Below are positions 45,921-58,509 of a DNA stretch of 64,000 bases, piece by piece. The stretch is from Laetmonice hystrix. Taxonomy: Eukaryota. The notes below the pieces were generated by a model. The model saw only the letters and a list, made by a program, of their open reading frames with translations. It made no database searches and was not told the DNA's origin. Position 1 is the first letter of the stretch. Every line of letters begins with the position of its first letter. Both the position numbers and the translations under genes were made by a program. The stretch spans positions 15,564,001-15,628,000 of the forward strand of contig OZ249436.1 of NCBI GenBank assembly GCA_965235115.1, in the 5' to 3' direction.

Positions 45921-48900
45921 ATGGGTGACTACAGACTTGTTGTCCTAGGTTCAGGAGCCGTCGGAAAAACCTCACTTGTTGAACAATTCCTGAACGCTGA
46001 CTTCGACAACACGTACGTCCCAACCGTGGATGAAATTTACAGAAGGACCGTGCAATTACCAGGTTGGTGAATTTAAAGATAATCAGAAACTTGTCTGAAT
46101 GTGTGCGTTTGTCCTATAATCTTGGTGTGGATATTTTGGTGCTATATACTGTAGCCTACAGTACGGTATTTTATATAGGCCTACACCGATAACCAAGTAA
46201 TCCTGATAGGGGGGTGGTAGTTTTCGAGCTGCACCTGCATGGCCTATAAAGTGAGGTTTCTGAATTCGTTCGGGGTTGGGGGGGGGGGGGGGGTGGAAGG
46301 CCCCAAAAAAACACTATTTTCCGGCATTCAGAGATCAACTTTCTGATGGAAATGAAAAGCCTGCAGGGCCACCTTGCACGATACCACCGACGATCCCAAT
46401 ACATATACAGTCCCAGATTTTGAGACATTATGATACGAAAAGGTCTCAAAATCTCTCGTTGGGACAATTTTCGTATACTGCCTGCGAAAAATGTCCCAAT
46501 TTCCTTAGCGAGACATTTTTCGTCTGGCAGTTGCAACGAAAAATGTCCCAATGATATCTACAAGCTTTGAACTTGGATTCAGTGCATTAGGCATAGGGTT
46601 AGGGTTAGTTAGGGTTACGTCATCACAAAGAGTACCAAATGACAGATCATATATAGGACTTTCTATTCAAGTTGAAAAAAATATGCATTATCTTGGAACG
46701 TTTACAAGATATTGCCATGTAAATCAGCCAACGAAATTCGAGATAGCCTCATTGTCAAATAAGATCAGATTATAAATCCATAGCGTTTCTGTACGAACCC
46801 CTCGACCAAGATGTGTTTACAAGCCTGTACATATCTGCAGTTGAGACATTTTTTGTTGGCACAAAGCGGCCCCCGTCCCCCTCGCGAGCTACGGCCCGGG
46901 ATATTAACAGCAGAATGAGAAAATGTTACTCACACGATGTCATTACCTGGGTCTGAAAGTGCGTGTGCATGGGCGGCACGATTATCGGTGCGCCCCCAAC
47001 CCTGAAAAGTGTGTGTGGGTGGGGTGGAGTGGGGGCAAAGATAATGAGCTGAGATGAAGCTAAACCATAGATAATTGGAAAGAAGGAATGCTGCATGGTA
47101 AAGCTCAGGGCATTGTCCCTATATCGAGGGCGTCGGCCTATAGGGACCGTACTATGCACCTCACCACATACTGGCTGGGCAATAATGTTATTCACAACCT
47201 TCCGCCAGTGGTCGCTTTTGTTGAAACCAACCTCGTCTGGTTGTGTATTGTGGGATAGCCCGACTCAGGGCGACTGTCAGTGTCAAGATGGACACCTCCG
47301 AGCAGTTAACTACTACTCCCAAAATAATTATAATCAAACATTACTTACATTATCAAAGGTTGTTTATTACTTCATTTCATTTCTTTAAAAGATTTAAATG
47401 TATCTAATTTGAAATGCAAACTACTTTGTTGAACTATTTTTTACCCCTTCACTGCGTTTCTAACTCTCCGGTACGCCCTTTGGCCGGCGTATGCATACGG
47501 TTGCACCAGTGCAATGTTGGAACACGATTTCACTTCCCACAATTCCTAACCAGCAGGGTCGTAGTCTCCAGAGACCATGCGCAGTTTGTGTCATTCAGAA
47601 GAAAGTAGGTTAAAAACTGAAGTTTTATGTGTACTGCTCTCAACGTAAATGGTTTAGAAGTGTGATCTAATCTCGAGAAATGAAGCAGGACTAAAAATAG
47701 ATTGAAGGGTATAAGATAAGCCTCCCATTTATAGACCTGCCTGACCCTTAACATGGAATTTATATGTGCTCTGTTCGGCTCTCTATACTTTAGCGATATT
47801 TGAGAAACTATCGAGCCAATCTTGAGTCAGAATCTGATCCCCACGCTTGTGATTAAAAAAAATTAAAGTGACTTTAAGTGGCATTATAGGACAATCACAG
47901 TATCCGTACCATCAAATCGTAGACTATCTTCGACTGAAGATTACTTTCGATTACAGAATTACATAATAATTTATTTATGATAATTAATATGCATAGCTCT
48001 CTTGAAATGGGGGTTAGGGGTTAGTGTTAGGGCCACTATTAGGGATAAGTTGTTAGAGGTTTGGGGATAAGAATTTCGATAGAACGATAGAACTTTGTTT
48101 TAGTTCTTTCCGTCAAATCTCGTGACCATGGGCGGGGCCAATGTTAAAGAATGGGTGGTTAGTGAAACACCCGTCGCCGCAAAGACCTCTTTGGCTCAGC
48201 GACCATTTCAAAGATGTCTTTCGGGCTTAGTGAAACGCACCCCTGCAGAAGATGTCAGTTAGACCCTCGGACGGCAGAACTTCCTTATTGAATTTACTAA
48301 AAACCCTACTAGGCAAACTTGTTTGGTAGAAAATTGTTAGTATATATTTTTGCCCTACGTGATTGAAGTCTTTGCTCATTTAAACTTTGTGTCGGCAGAC
48401 AATGATTTCCACAGCGTGGAGATTCTCGACACAGCAGGCCTCCATCAGTTCCCCGCCATGCGACATGTCAGTATCCAATCAGGACGAGCCTTTATCGTCG
48501 CCTACGCTGTCAACAACGCCAGTTCTTTCAAAAGCGCACTCTCATTGGCTGATCTCGTCAAGCAAGTGAAAGGTGACTTATTTTCGCATAAACATTGGGC
48601 GCGTATTATACGAAGAGCTGTATTAGGGCCATGACGAAAAATATGTACGACTTACTAAAGGGTCTCTCACACGTTACGATATCGTGCGCACATTGATCGC
48701 ACGATTTTAGGCATATCGTAGGTTATCGTGCGATATCGTAGTCGAAATCGTAGCGTGTGAGAGTCCCTTTCCTCGTAAGCCGACGTACGACGAGTGACCC
48801 GTACGTGTCAAGTTTTTTTTTTTCGTCATGGCGCGCCTAATACAACTTCGTAGTATTCAGGAAAGGGAGAAGATCAAGATTCTGATCACGTCTGAGCCGT

Positions 48901-49620
48901 TGTAAGCTGGCATTAAGAAACATCTTCCGGACCTAGTGATCTTCTGTGGGATCGGAGTCGACGTTAACACAATGAACACTGCCATCTCAGTATGTCGACT
49001 TCATGTGGCCATCAGGGAGCTAATGTAACTCCAGGAATCTTTTTTAATTTTGACGATATTAGTTATATATTTCCATCAAATATACATTTGCAAATAGTGA
49101 TAGAATAGCTTCAAATTCGCAGAAGTAATTTTAATATGTTAAATTAGGCCTATGTGCGTGGGAAAGAAGGCATCCTACTTTCCACGCCTTCATTATCTCT
49201 CCTCCGAAGTAATCGTGTATGTTCTGAGGAAAGTGCTGTTGGTATATCCAACAAGTTTTGTTATAGTATGTGCGATTGTATGTCTACATAGTTCAACACT
49301 TGCTTTTTTCAGGGACCGAGGGGGGAGCAATAATTCTAGTTGGAAACAAATGCGACTTAAGAGATGCCCGCCAAGTGACCGAGGAAGAGGCAAAGAGAGA
49401 GGCTCAATCTCGAAACTGTGCTTTTATTGAAACGAGTGCTAAATGTAATTATAACGTCCAGAACGTCTTCATGGAACTTTTGATGAAAATGTTTGAAGTG
49501 GACCAACGTTTTAAATCGCGAACGGCGACAACGCAAAGGAAACTGTTACAAACAATATTCAGAAAGCAGGCAGACCGAACCAACAACAACATTTCCAACG
49601 ATAGATGTCTACTGATGTGA
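45921..49620 (+). CDS. Ras-family small GTPase, DIRAS/RASD(Rhes)-like, 3 exons, 207 aa
   Basis: Exons 45921-46062, 48399-48572, 49313-49620 (GT-AG, phases 1 and 1). G1 GSGAVGKT, G2 YVPTVDE, G3 DTAGLHQFPAMR, G4 NKCD, G5 ETSAK, CAAX CLLM. Confidence 0.92.
48609..48853. mobile_element. MITE with a second MITE nested inside (48658-48769), in GTPase intron 2
   Basis: Outer IR tacgaag..gtattagg..ccatgacgaaaaa / tttttcgtcatgg..cctaatac..cttcgta; inner IR aagggtctctcacacg / cgtgtgagagtccctt. Confidence 0.6.
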
Positions 49621-50637
49621 TGGAATTTCAGTTCGGACCGTGGCAATCAGACCTGACTGTGTTATGATCTTAATATTTTGTCATTAAGATCTTCAAACCT
49701 GGGTGTATAAACTGTCCACTTGTCACCTGGACAAGCCCTTTGAGCTATAGTAGTGACAAACTACTCACGAACCCGCGAGGCGAAAAGTGGATAACCGGGA
49801 GACTGATATAATACTAAAACCAGCTTGTGAAGCTTACATCCCTCATGCCGCAAGAGCGAATCCATCTTGAACATACTTGTAATAAAATGGCGGTTAGTGG
49901 GCGGGCCTGTCGCCCTGGGCCTCGCGCGCCACCGTCATTCCACGACAATAAAACACATGTATAAGAACAAAAGATTTCCGGGTTACGTTCAGGCAAAGTG
50001 CTGAAGTGATTTCCAAAACTTTCATGGCCACAAGGGGCAGAAAAGCGCAGAATAGTTCTATTTTGAGAATACGTCAGAAAGTAAAGTTGCAGCGTGTGTC
50101 AGTGTCTCAGTGCAGATGAAAACAGTGTTTTGCCGTCCAACAACCTGTTTTCTCGATTGTCGCTTGGATACATGTTGCAGTAACTCCTTTACTGGTTCTC
50201 ACTATTTGTGCAGCAAGGCAATTACAACAAGGCAATGTGACGCTCTTGCTGACCACAGCGCCCCCTGGCGTGAAGCGCGTTCTGCCCGCCGTCGTCTGCC
50301 TGTAACTATGTACACAAGCGAGGTTGGGTGTAAGCCTACTTAACACGATTAGATCAGTTCATTTTCCTGCATGTGCATGCACGCTGCGTTCTTGAATTTT
50401 TTCGGCCTGATTATAGTTATCGACTATACTGAATCAAAGCTGCTACATGTTTATTTAGACTGTTTCTAACTGGTCTAAGCCTACTCAGCCTGTCCGGTGT
50501 CCTTCTTCAGTAGTCTCGGTTTGTATAGGGTTGTACTACAGTAAGTTAGCAGTGGATGATAGACATAGGTCTCTGAAATCTAGACTACACAATTTGATAA
50601 GGGGAAGACCGAAGAAAAGAGCCATTGCCTACAAAAA

Positions 50638-53600
50638 ATGCCTCCAAAGAAAGGTACGGCAGGACCAGCCAAGAAGGCTGCTGTGGCGAGTAGGCCCAAG
50701 GCCGGGTCTCATAAAAAGCCGGTGGAAGTGACGGAGAAGAAATCGGCACTTCCCGGTAAGTATATTGATTACCTTATATTGGTACCTTACATTTGTCCCT
50801 ACAGACTGTACACTAGGGCAGGCCTAGACTTCCATGCTTGAAGAAACCACTCGAGATAGATCAACGACAATCTAGGACGACAGGCCTATAGTACCGTTCC
50901 TCACTTTTGTTAGGTCCAAGTATCCAGTTGCAAAGAGAGTAGTTCTCTGCTTCAGCTAATTCAAACCACTGCTATCACATTAAATAATAATGCATGTAAG
51001 TTATATATCATCCCATTTGAAAACAAGTGTAGTACTTGCTAGCTGATTGAGCTACACAGGCTACATGACTTTCTATATCCGCTATAGGCCCCGCTGCGTC
51101 TGCCGAGCCAGAACCCCATCCTGCCAGTACAACCATTGGATTGAAACAGATTAATTCTCTACTCTTTGAAAATCCGGAAAACGAATTCCGCAAGTCGGGG
51201 AAGTAAGTGTTTTTAAATGTCTGATATTTCGTTTTCTGTCATTACTTTCGCGAGAGTTTTAATTCATTATCCCATTCACCCCAAGGGCCTGAATGGGATC
51301 TTGAAATTGTATTCGTTGGTCTTCCGTATTATGTGTTGTAGGCCTAGTTAGACTGGTGTCATATTTCACGAATTTTCTAGACATCGCGATTAATTTTGGT
51401 GTGTGTAGATGGAGTGTGGCAAACTTTAATTTGCATATGACTCGTGACGTCATATGTATAAAGGCATTTCCTGGAGTCAACCCCTTTTTTTGAATATCAA
51501 TTCGTGAACATGTTCCTATGGGGAAATTCTCTGCCATGTTTGATATTAGCGAAAGTAGGTCACCATAAGTAGGTCAACGGACACCTTGGTTTCCATCGGA
51601 TAAGACTATAAAACGGATGGATTGGAACTAATCTTGATTTTGGGAATAGCTCGCGTTAATGAGCAAAATTAGGTCACAGTAAGCAAAATTAGGTCACAAT
51701 TTTCTGTTGCAAGGCGCAGGAGGATAATTTGTTAGTTACTTTAATATTCGTCTCCGCAGTTTTTGCATCCAGGCGGACGATTCAGCCGTAGTGCTTCGTA
51801 TAGTGTAGATCTAGTGGCTAAGGTGCCCCACCCCTAATGGGAAGGTCGAGACTCGACCGTTTTCCCGCAAAAAGGGTTAGCGTAGGGGACAGATATAGTG
51901 ATAGTTATATTAAACAACTTAGACCCTTTGAGGGATTTAGCAACGGGTAATGATGGGTGCTGGACATTACATCCGGGCACGCAAGGCCTGTGTCTTCCCC
52001 TGCGGAATTTTCTAACGAACAAATTGAACGGCACTTCCTGTGCTGCCATCCTGTGCTATGAAACTACCAAAAGGAAACAGTGGCACCACCTTTGGATTAA
52101 GTCAGCACGTTCGCAACTAGACCTGTCTTTCCATACACTAAATTTTGCGTAGGCCTACACTAGTTCCCAGCAGGTGAACTTTAATAAAATTATGTTCACT
52201 TTAGAAAATCAGAACCTCTGAAGACAAATAGAATTGGGCCATTCCCCCAAAAACGTCTGTCGTGTGCGCATTATCAGTCGACTCGAGAGTTGTTGATTTG
52301 TAAATTCATAATAGTGTAGATTCTGGCTGTTGGAATAGGTCATAAACGTTGTAAACGATTTGGATAAATTGCAGTCATTTACTGGGACGTTTGTCATGAG
52401 AACTAAGTCAATTTACACGCTCGTAAAAATGAATGATAAAATAAATTACTCCTTAAGTTGTTTGAACGAATTATTATTTCGTTGAAACGAATTATTGTTT
52501 CGTTTAAACGAAATACTAATTCTTTTGAACGAATTGTTATTTCGTTTAAACGAATTAGCCATCCTTTAAAAAATCTTCATGTCGTTTCCCAGCCACCGTA
52601 CTGAAGTGTCTAGCGATTATGAAAATATACTGGCGGGATCAACTATGTGAATACATGAATTTCTTTTTTAAGGAGTTGAGTAGGTGACGTGATAACTTAT
52701 CTTGCACTTGCTTGCTCGACTAAATCTGTTACACTTGCTTGCTCGACTAAATCTGTCATCAAACAGAATCTGATTATAAATGCGAGACTATACGTGTATT
52801 TAATTGGATTAACAGCTGTTAAGCTTTTAAGCACACTATATCAGCTTAAAAGCTGATATAGTGTGGAAAGGACCCAGAAATAAGTAGCTGCACACTAACG
52901 CTGACTGTCATATTTTCATTGCGTATGCAGTAACCAAAATTTGACACCTTTTCATAGGATGAATAGCATACATAGCTCAATCAATTAATACTACTTCTCT
53001 TCAAATGGCATGATGTAGCACACAAAACTAGCAGCCGCCTGGTGTGGCTCGGACTTAGTGGTAGGCGGATTTATAGATATACACTGTATGAATTATGCAA
53101 TAGGTCAGGGCCTAAGCCTTTAAGCCAACTTCAGATCTGTTATATAGGGAAGGAAATAGGATAGGGAATTAAGACTTCACGTCAAATTATGTAAAGTATA
53201 GATTAGAATAAAAGAATCGAATAACTATCCAAGGGGAGAATGACGTGGTGAGCTTGTTTTAGTATGTCTTGGTTTTTGCATTTTATTTATTGACCAGTAA
53301 GATCCAATCATTGGCGGATCATGGATTAAAAACTCCAGGTCGGCGGCAAATAGGGGTTGCCCCGTGCGCCCTAAACCCACCATCGACTTCCTTAACCCAT
53401 AGCGTTGACTTCCCTAAACTTATACTACAGGAGTGCCTTAGTGATCGACCCGGCCGAGCGTGTCATCGTCTTCCTACGTCATCGTGACGTCAACGCTCTC
53501 AATGTCATGAATCCGGCCGATATGGAAACCGAACGAATCCGTATTGCAGTGCTCGGGGCTCTCAGGTAGGCCTACAGTCTGAGCCAGCTACTCTTTAACT

Positions 53601-54330
53601 CCATATTCACGGCAGACGGTCTCGCCGTTCAATATAATAGTGTACCCGTTTTCGCGGCAGTACGTAGGTCTAACTCTGTTGTATAGCCGAATAGGTCTAT
53701 TATGTATGATTTTTTTCACAGATTCGGAAAGCCTCTGGCTCTCGATTTAATGACAGCAGATGTTGGCGAAATGTGGGAAATTGCCGTAAAAAAATTCGAC
53801 GCTGTGAAACCTGGCTTGATGGACGCATTGCTGACCGGTGCAGTAAAAACCGAGCAATGGTAAGTCGGTCTATAGGCCTACTTAGACCGTTTAGCATCAG
53901 CAGAACTTTGTAATAACCATAAACAGCGGTTAAAAAGTGTACGATAACAGTTTGCGCAAATTTAGAGAATCAAGTAAACTGGAAAATGTAGAAAGATTAG
54001 GGGATTAAACGTTGAAAAGAAACACGTTGCTCTGATAATTAATGAATAGGAACACAATTCTTTCTGCACAGAAATAACGCACAAAAGCTTGTTTATGGGA
54101 ATTCTAGCATCCCCTAGTATTCGGGGCTGTGGGCTATAACGAGCACAGTTTAAAAAAACCGTTTTGTTTCCAGGATTCGATCCCTAGTCAAAGAGGAAGA
54201 CGAACCCCACTATCAGTGGGGGTTCTACGCCGATAACCTTCTAGAAAACTTCAGCTTTATTCTCTCTACTGCCAGACCAGATGTGCCGCCAAGTGTTGCC
54301 AAACTGTTCTACAGCATTATTGTGGAGTAG
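50638..54330 (+). CDS. Short IQANK1-related protein (basic MPPKK N-terminus plus IQANK1 C-terminal domain only), 5 exons, 220 aa
   Basis: Exons 50638-50755, 51088-51202, 53431-53565, 53722-53859, 54174-54330, GT-AG and in phase. SALVIDPAERVIVFLRHRDVN..MNPADMETERIRIAVLGALRFGKPLALDL..IRSLVKEEDEPHY..LENFSFILST matches my recollection of the IQANK1 C-terminus (WPLVIDP..TFLRY.D.N..LGALRYGKPLV.DL). Confidence 0.8.
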
Positions 54331-56799
54331 GCTGTCAAAGTGGACTTTTACGTTTGATTATGCAGTAGTACCAAAAAGTGTCTGTTGTATAGTAAGTACT
54401 GACCAAAGGATTAAAAATAACCCAATGAATTAGTGAAATACAAACTATAATTGTCATTAGATAACTCGAATGTATAGAGAATTGTTTTCACAATTAAAGC
54501 GAATCGAAGTGTCCAACTTTTATGGGTTGTTGTAACGACGAGCGGGACGTGAATTCTAGAATTCGCATAGCAAGGTGGTTTGAATTGAAAAAACAACAAC
54601 AAGCACAAACAACAAACAACAACAATTAATAAAACCAGGCGTTAGATTATGCGCATCAATGCATTGTATGCTAGTGTGAACTATGGACATTCTGCAACAC
54701 GGTTCGCAGTTTGTAGTATGAAAGGATCATTATAGGCCAGCAGCAGTTGTAGTAGTGAGCAATTGTACATGTCGATTCACGTCCCATAACTGATTCACCA
54801 CTCAGTGTGAAATGGTACGAAGTGTGAGAGTATTCTGACGGCGAGATTTCATACCGAATGAAATGATTTTTAACCAGACTACAGGCATCCCATTTCCTCC
54901 CAACGTAAAATCCTCTCCTTTGGTTCCTGATTACCCTTAGTCACCCTTTTGATAAATGACGGATTGGCTGTGTATGGCTATAGCGCCGATAGGTAAAGCT
55001 GTAGGATTGATGCTGCTGCCGTAAGATGGCAAATGGAAATATACGAGGGCAATGTCCAAATATGGCCAGTTAGAAATATGGACGAGAATAATAACTTAAT
55101 ATGTTTCACATTCAATATCGACAAAGAGGACAATATCTGAATATACGAAGTTACACGATGGATAGCACCAACAGAAGAAAACAGGTGCTGCCATCTAGTG
55201 TATATCTGTTGTACAAATCCCAGAGTGCAGCCAATAGATCGCATGCAGGTGGAAATACACGAGGACAAACGTTACAGAGAACAGTGACATATATGGACAT
55301 ACGGATTAAAGTAACGTCGAAGATGAGGTTTAAAATATACTTTATAATGTTTATATGATGAGGGAGTAATGGGAGATAACGTAGAGCAGATTTATTCAGC
55401 GACGAAAATTTAAGGTCGGGATCAGATGAGGGCGAGTGTAGGCCAGTTGACAAACAGTGGCTCGTCCGTTTATCTGGCTGGGTTACCGCGTGCTAAGGCT
55501 ATCACTCAAGTATAAAACAAACACATCCTGTCACCTTTAGGCGTACTTAGATCTCTGGTCAAACTGTTGTACGTATTTCATAAGTATCAACCTTGTCCAA
55601 GGTTCAAGAAATAAAAGCGGAGGTGTGCCGCAGACCATTCATCTCGTTGTACGGGAGCGTGATGTCAAAGAGTTGTGCCGATATGATCATTGAATAGTCC
55701 CTGACAGTGAGACAGGTGAGTGTGGAAGATATGATCATTGATCCCTGACAGTGAGACAGGTAGGTGCGGAAGAGGGGCGTGCCATAAAAACAATTTCACC
55801 AACATATATACAGCTGCAGGCAAACCCCAAACACAAACCTGTTCTAACAACGGCTTTGAAGGTGGGTACCTCGGGTTAAGACAGGGGATAAAACAACTAG
55901 CTTTATAATCCTTCCCATTACAACTCTTCTTTCTTCGTCTTCCCCCGCTCCAATCAATCGCCGCCCCTCTGGCTGAAGTTTGGTCTACTCGTATCTTTCA
56001 ATTACGTCGTGTATTGTATGCATTCCGTCCCAAAACGACCGCCTGCGGACCAGGCATTCTTCATTTGACATCTCTCTGTCAATCATAGCAAGGTGGCTTC
56101 AATATTAATAGTCAAATTTGGATTATTGTATTGAATGGAATAGGTCTTTTCAAAAGAAAGTCTGGATCGATACTGACGTTAAGCGACTGATGGTGATTTA
56201 ACGTAGTCTTAGCAGACCAACATTCATCAACTGAAAATTAAAAAAAGTATCGATTCATGCTATTTTGTTAACATAAATATCTCCGCCTTTTGATTGTCGT
56301 CAGTCTAAAATAAACTTCCCGGGCCAACTGTTACAGTGTGAATTCTTTATTTCTTAGCATTTAGCACGAAAGGCACATTTAAAGCAGTTTGTAACTGTTT
56401 GAAATTGTGTATGCACGCCTCAGCGTTGGGTTGGTATAGGCATCATTTTGAGCAGACATCAGCTACATGTTTCAACGGTACATGTACACGTAATAATAGG
56501 TTATATAGTATATATACAGTAGCTTTTCGGAGACATGACGGCTTAGTTTGAGGGAGATACTGACTGCACACTCTGGCAGCGGACTTGACGCCCTGAGTAG
56601 TGGTTTAAATAGGACTATATGTTTATTTAACTGCAGAAAGGCATGACGAAATGATGGAAGCGAAGTGTTGGCTTAGTGGGGTGGAGTAGGCCACTGTCTC
56701 TATAAGTCATATGTACATGTACGTGTAAACTCGCATCAAACCTTATACAAACAAGAGGGCTGAATACAGGGTGTATAGAAACACATCTAGATGTCATTA

Positions 56800-57336
56800 T
56801 AAAATGCGTGAAAGCTACCAACTATGTTTTACTAAGGGGGCCAAGATGTCTTCCTTCAAATAAAACCTACAAATTGAAATTATTCCTACGGTCATGGTAG
56901 ACCTTGCATCGGCGTGTCACAGTGCCGAATTTGGCTTCATCAATAAAAGAAAGAAAGAAAGAAAGAAAGAAAAAGAAAGAAATCAACAACTCCCCCCCCC
57001 CCCCCCACAAACACACACACAAACAGGAATTGCGCCGTGATCCATCGGAATTATTGGCCTTATAGCTTTAGCTTTCAGACAACTTGCAACTCCATTTGTT
57101 TCCTATTTTTGATACATCATGTAGAATATTATTTCCAGGATGTCTGAACTATATGCAGTCTACAACTTGGATAATGGCTTGACACCCACATAATGTGAAA
57201 CTGTATCCGAAGATGACAGAAATAACCAAGAGAATGGGTGACATTTTTCGAATTCGAAATGCTGTGATACGGGAATTCCTAGCGGAGTTGCTTGGTACCT
57301 TTGTTCTTGTGGTAAGTAATGCTAACTTACACGTCT
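56800..57336 (+). repeat. Segmental duplicate of about 62590-63270 (aquaporin exon-1 region)
   Basis: Shared gtgaaagctac..ccaagatgt..ttcaaataaaacctaca, ggcgtgtcacagt.ccgaatttggc, aaacaggaattgcgcc through gctaacttacacgtc. Confidence 0.85.
57213..57311 (+). CDS. Aquaglyceroporin (AQP3/7/9/10-like) first coding exon, copy A; no downstream exon found before copy B
   Basis: MTEITKRMGDIFRIRNAVIREFLAELLGTFVLV followed by GTAAGT donor; acceptor ttccag ends at 57138. Confidence 0.7.
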
Positions 57337-57590
57337 TCATAGATGGGGGGGGGGGGGGGGGGGGGGTCGGCTCGGCCACCCCTGTTACTGAGAACTTCTA
57401 AAGAGGGCATGTTGCAATACGTTTTTAGTGAGTATATGGTGTTAGAAGTTCTTTCTGGAGCTTGAGCATCGTATTGCACTGATCCTTACGTGCCTCCAGC
57501 CATTCTTTCATCCAGATACACCTCTTTGTTGGAGGTTTCTCCTCTTCATCCGTTATTTTTAAGATTTATCACGTGACAGTCACATGACAG

Positions 57591-58509
57591 TGAAAAGGAT
57601 TTTAATATCAATAAATCATCGCTCGAGCATTGTATCAAAACCATCGTGTGATGATCGCCTGAGTTTAAATGTTTATCACTCGGCTGACCATAGGTCGAGT
57701 GGCCTATGCGATGGCCAAACGATGGTCAGCATCGCATGTGATTATCGCCTGAGAACATCGTTTAATAAGCACTGCTTGTGGGTAAAGGGCCCTTTACCGT
57801 TTGTCTCACCCTTGGGGTAGACCCTGTACTTCCCTTCCATGATTTAAGTCGAATATATAGGCCTACATTGAACAAATTAGTGAAAATTGCTATAGTGCAT
57901 GGTAATTAGGTTCCAGAGCTCTGTCGACTTGCCTTATTTGATTTCCCAAGTATTTAAAAGAAATATGTGAAAACCAGAAAATCTGGAAAGACGCGCGTCT
58001 TTTCCTGGACCTGCCCCCCCTTTCGAGATAGATTTTTTTCCGGACCAAACAAAACATTGTTATTTTCCCGGCAGATTTTTATGATGACGGTTAAATACTG
58101 TTAAATAGTTAAGTACTGTTAAATAGCTATTGGTGTGAAGATATTAACAAAGGTTTCGTCGGGGAACTATATCGTTGTGCGCATACAGTGTGCACTACGG
58201 TTACGGTAAGAAGCAGCATGGCCCCAGCCTTGCTTCCGAGCGATCCCGACCAGAAGATTTAATGTAGAATGTGCGGGTGACAGTGCATTTCGTCGTTGTC
58301 TGTTTACAAAACCTATGTATATTAAACCTAAGAAGTATGCTTGTGACGGAAAGTGGATAGATATTAAGGAATTGGCTGCCCGCAACGCTCAACCAGATTG
58401 ACATAAATCCTGAAAAGGATTTTAATATCAATAAATCATCGCTCGAGCATTGTATCAAAACCATCGTGTGATGATCGCCTGAGTTTAAATGCTTATCACT
58501 CGGCTGACC
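57591..58509. repeat. 99-bp direct repeat (57591-57689 and 58411-58509)
   Basis: tgaaaaggattttaatatcaataaatcatcgctcgagc...atcactcggctgacc present twice with one mismatch. Confidence 0.85.

Noticed and set aside
51760..51808. Candidate extra exon (ccgcag acceptor) in the IQANK1-like gene
   Set aside because: Reaches TAG after 15 codons with no good donor; the 53431 exon continues the conserved domain in phase.
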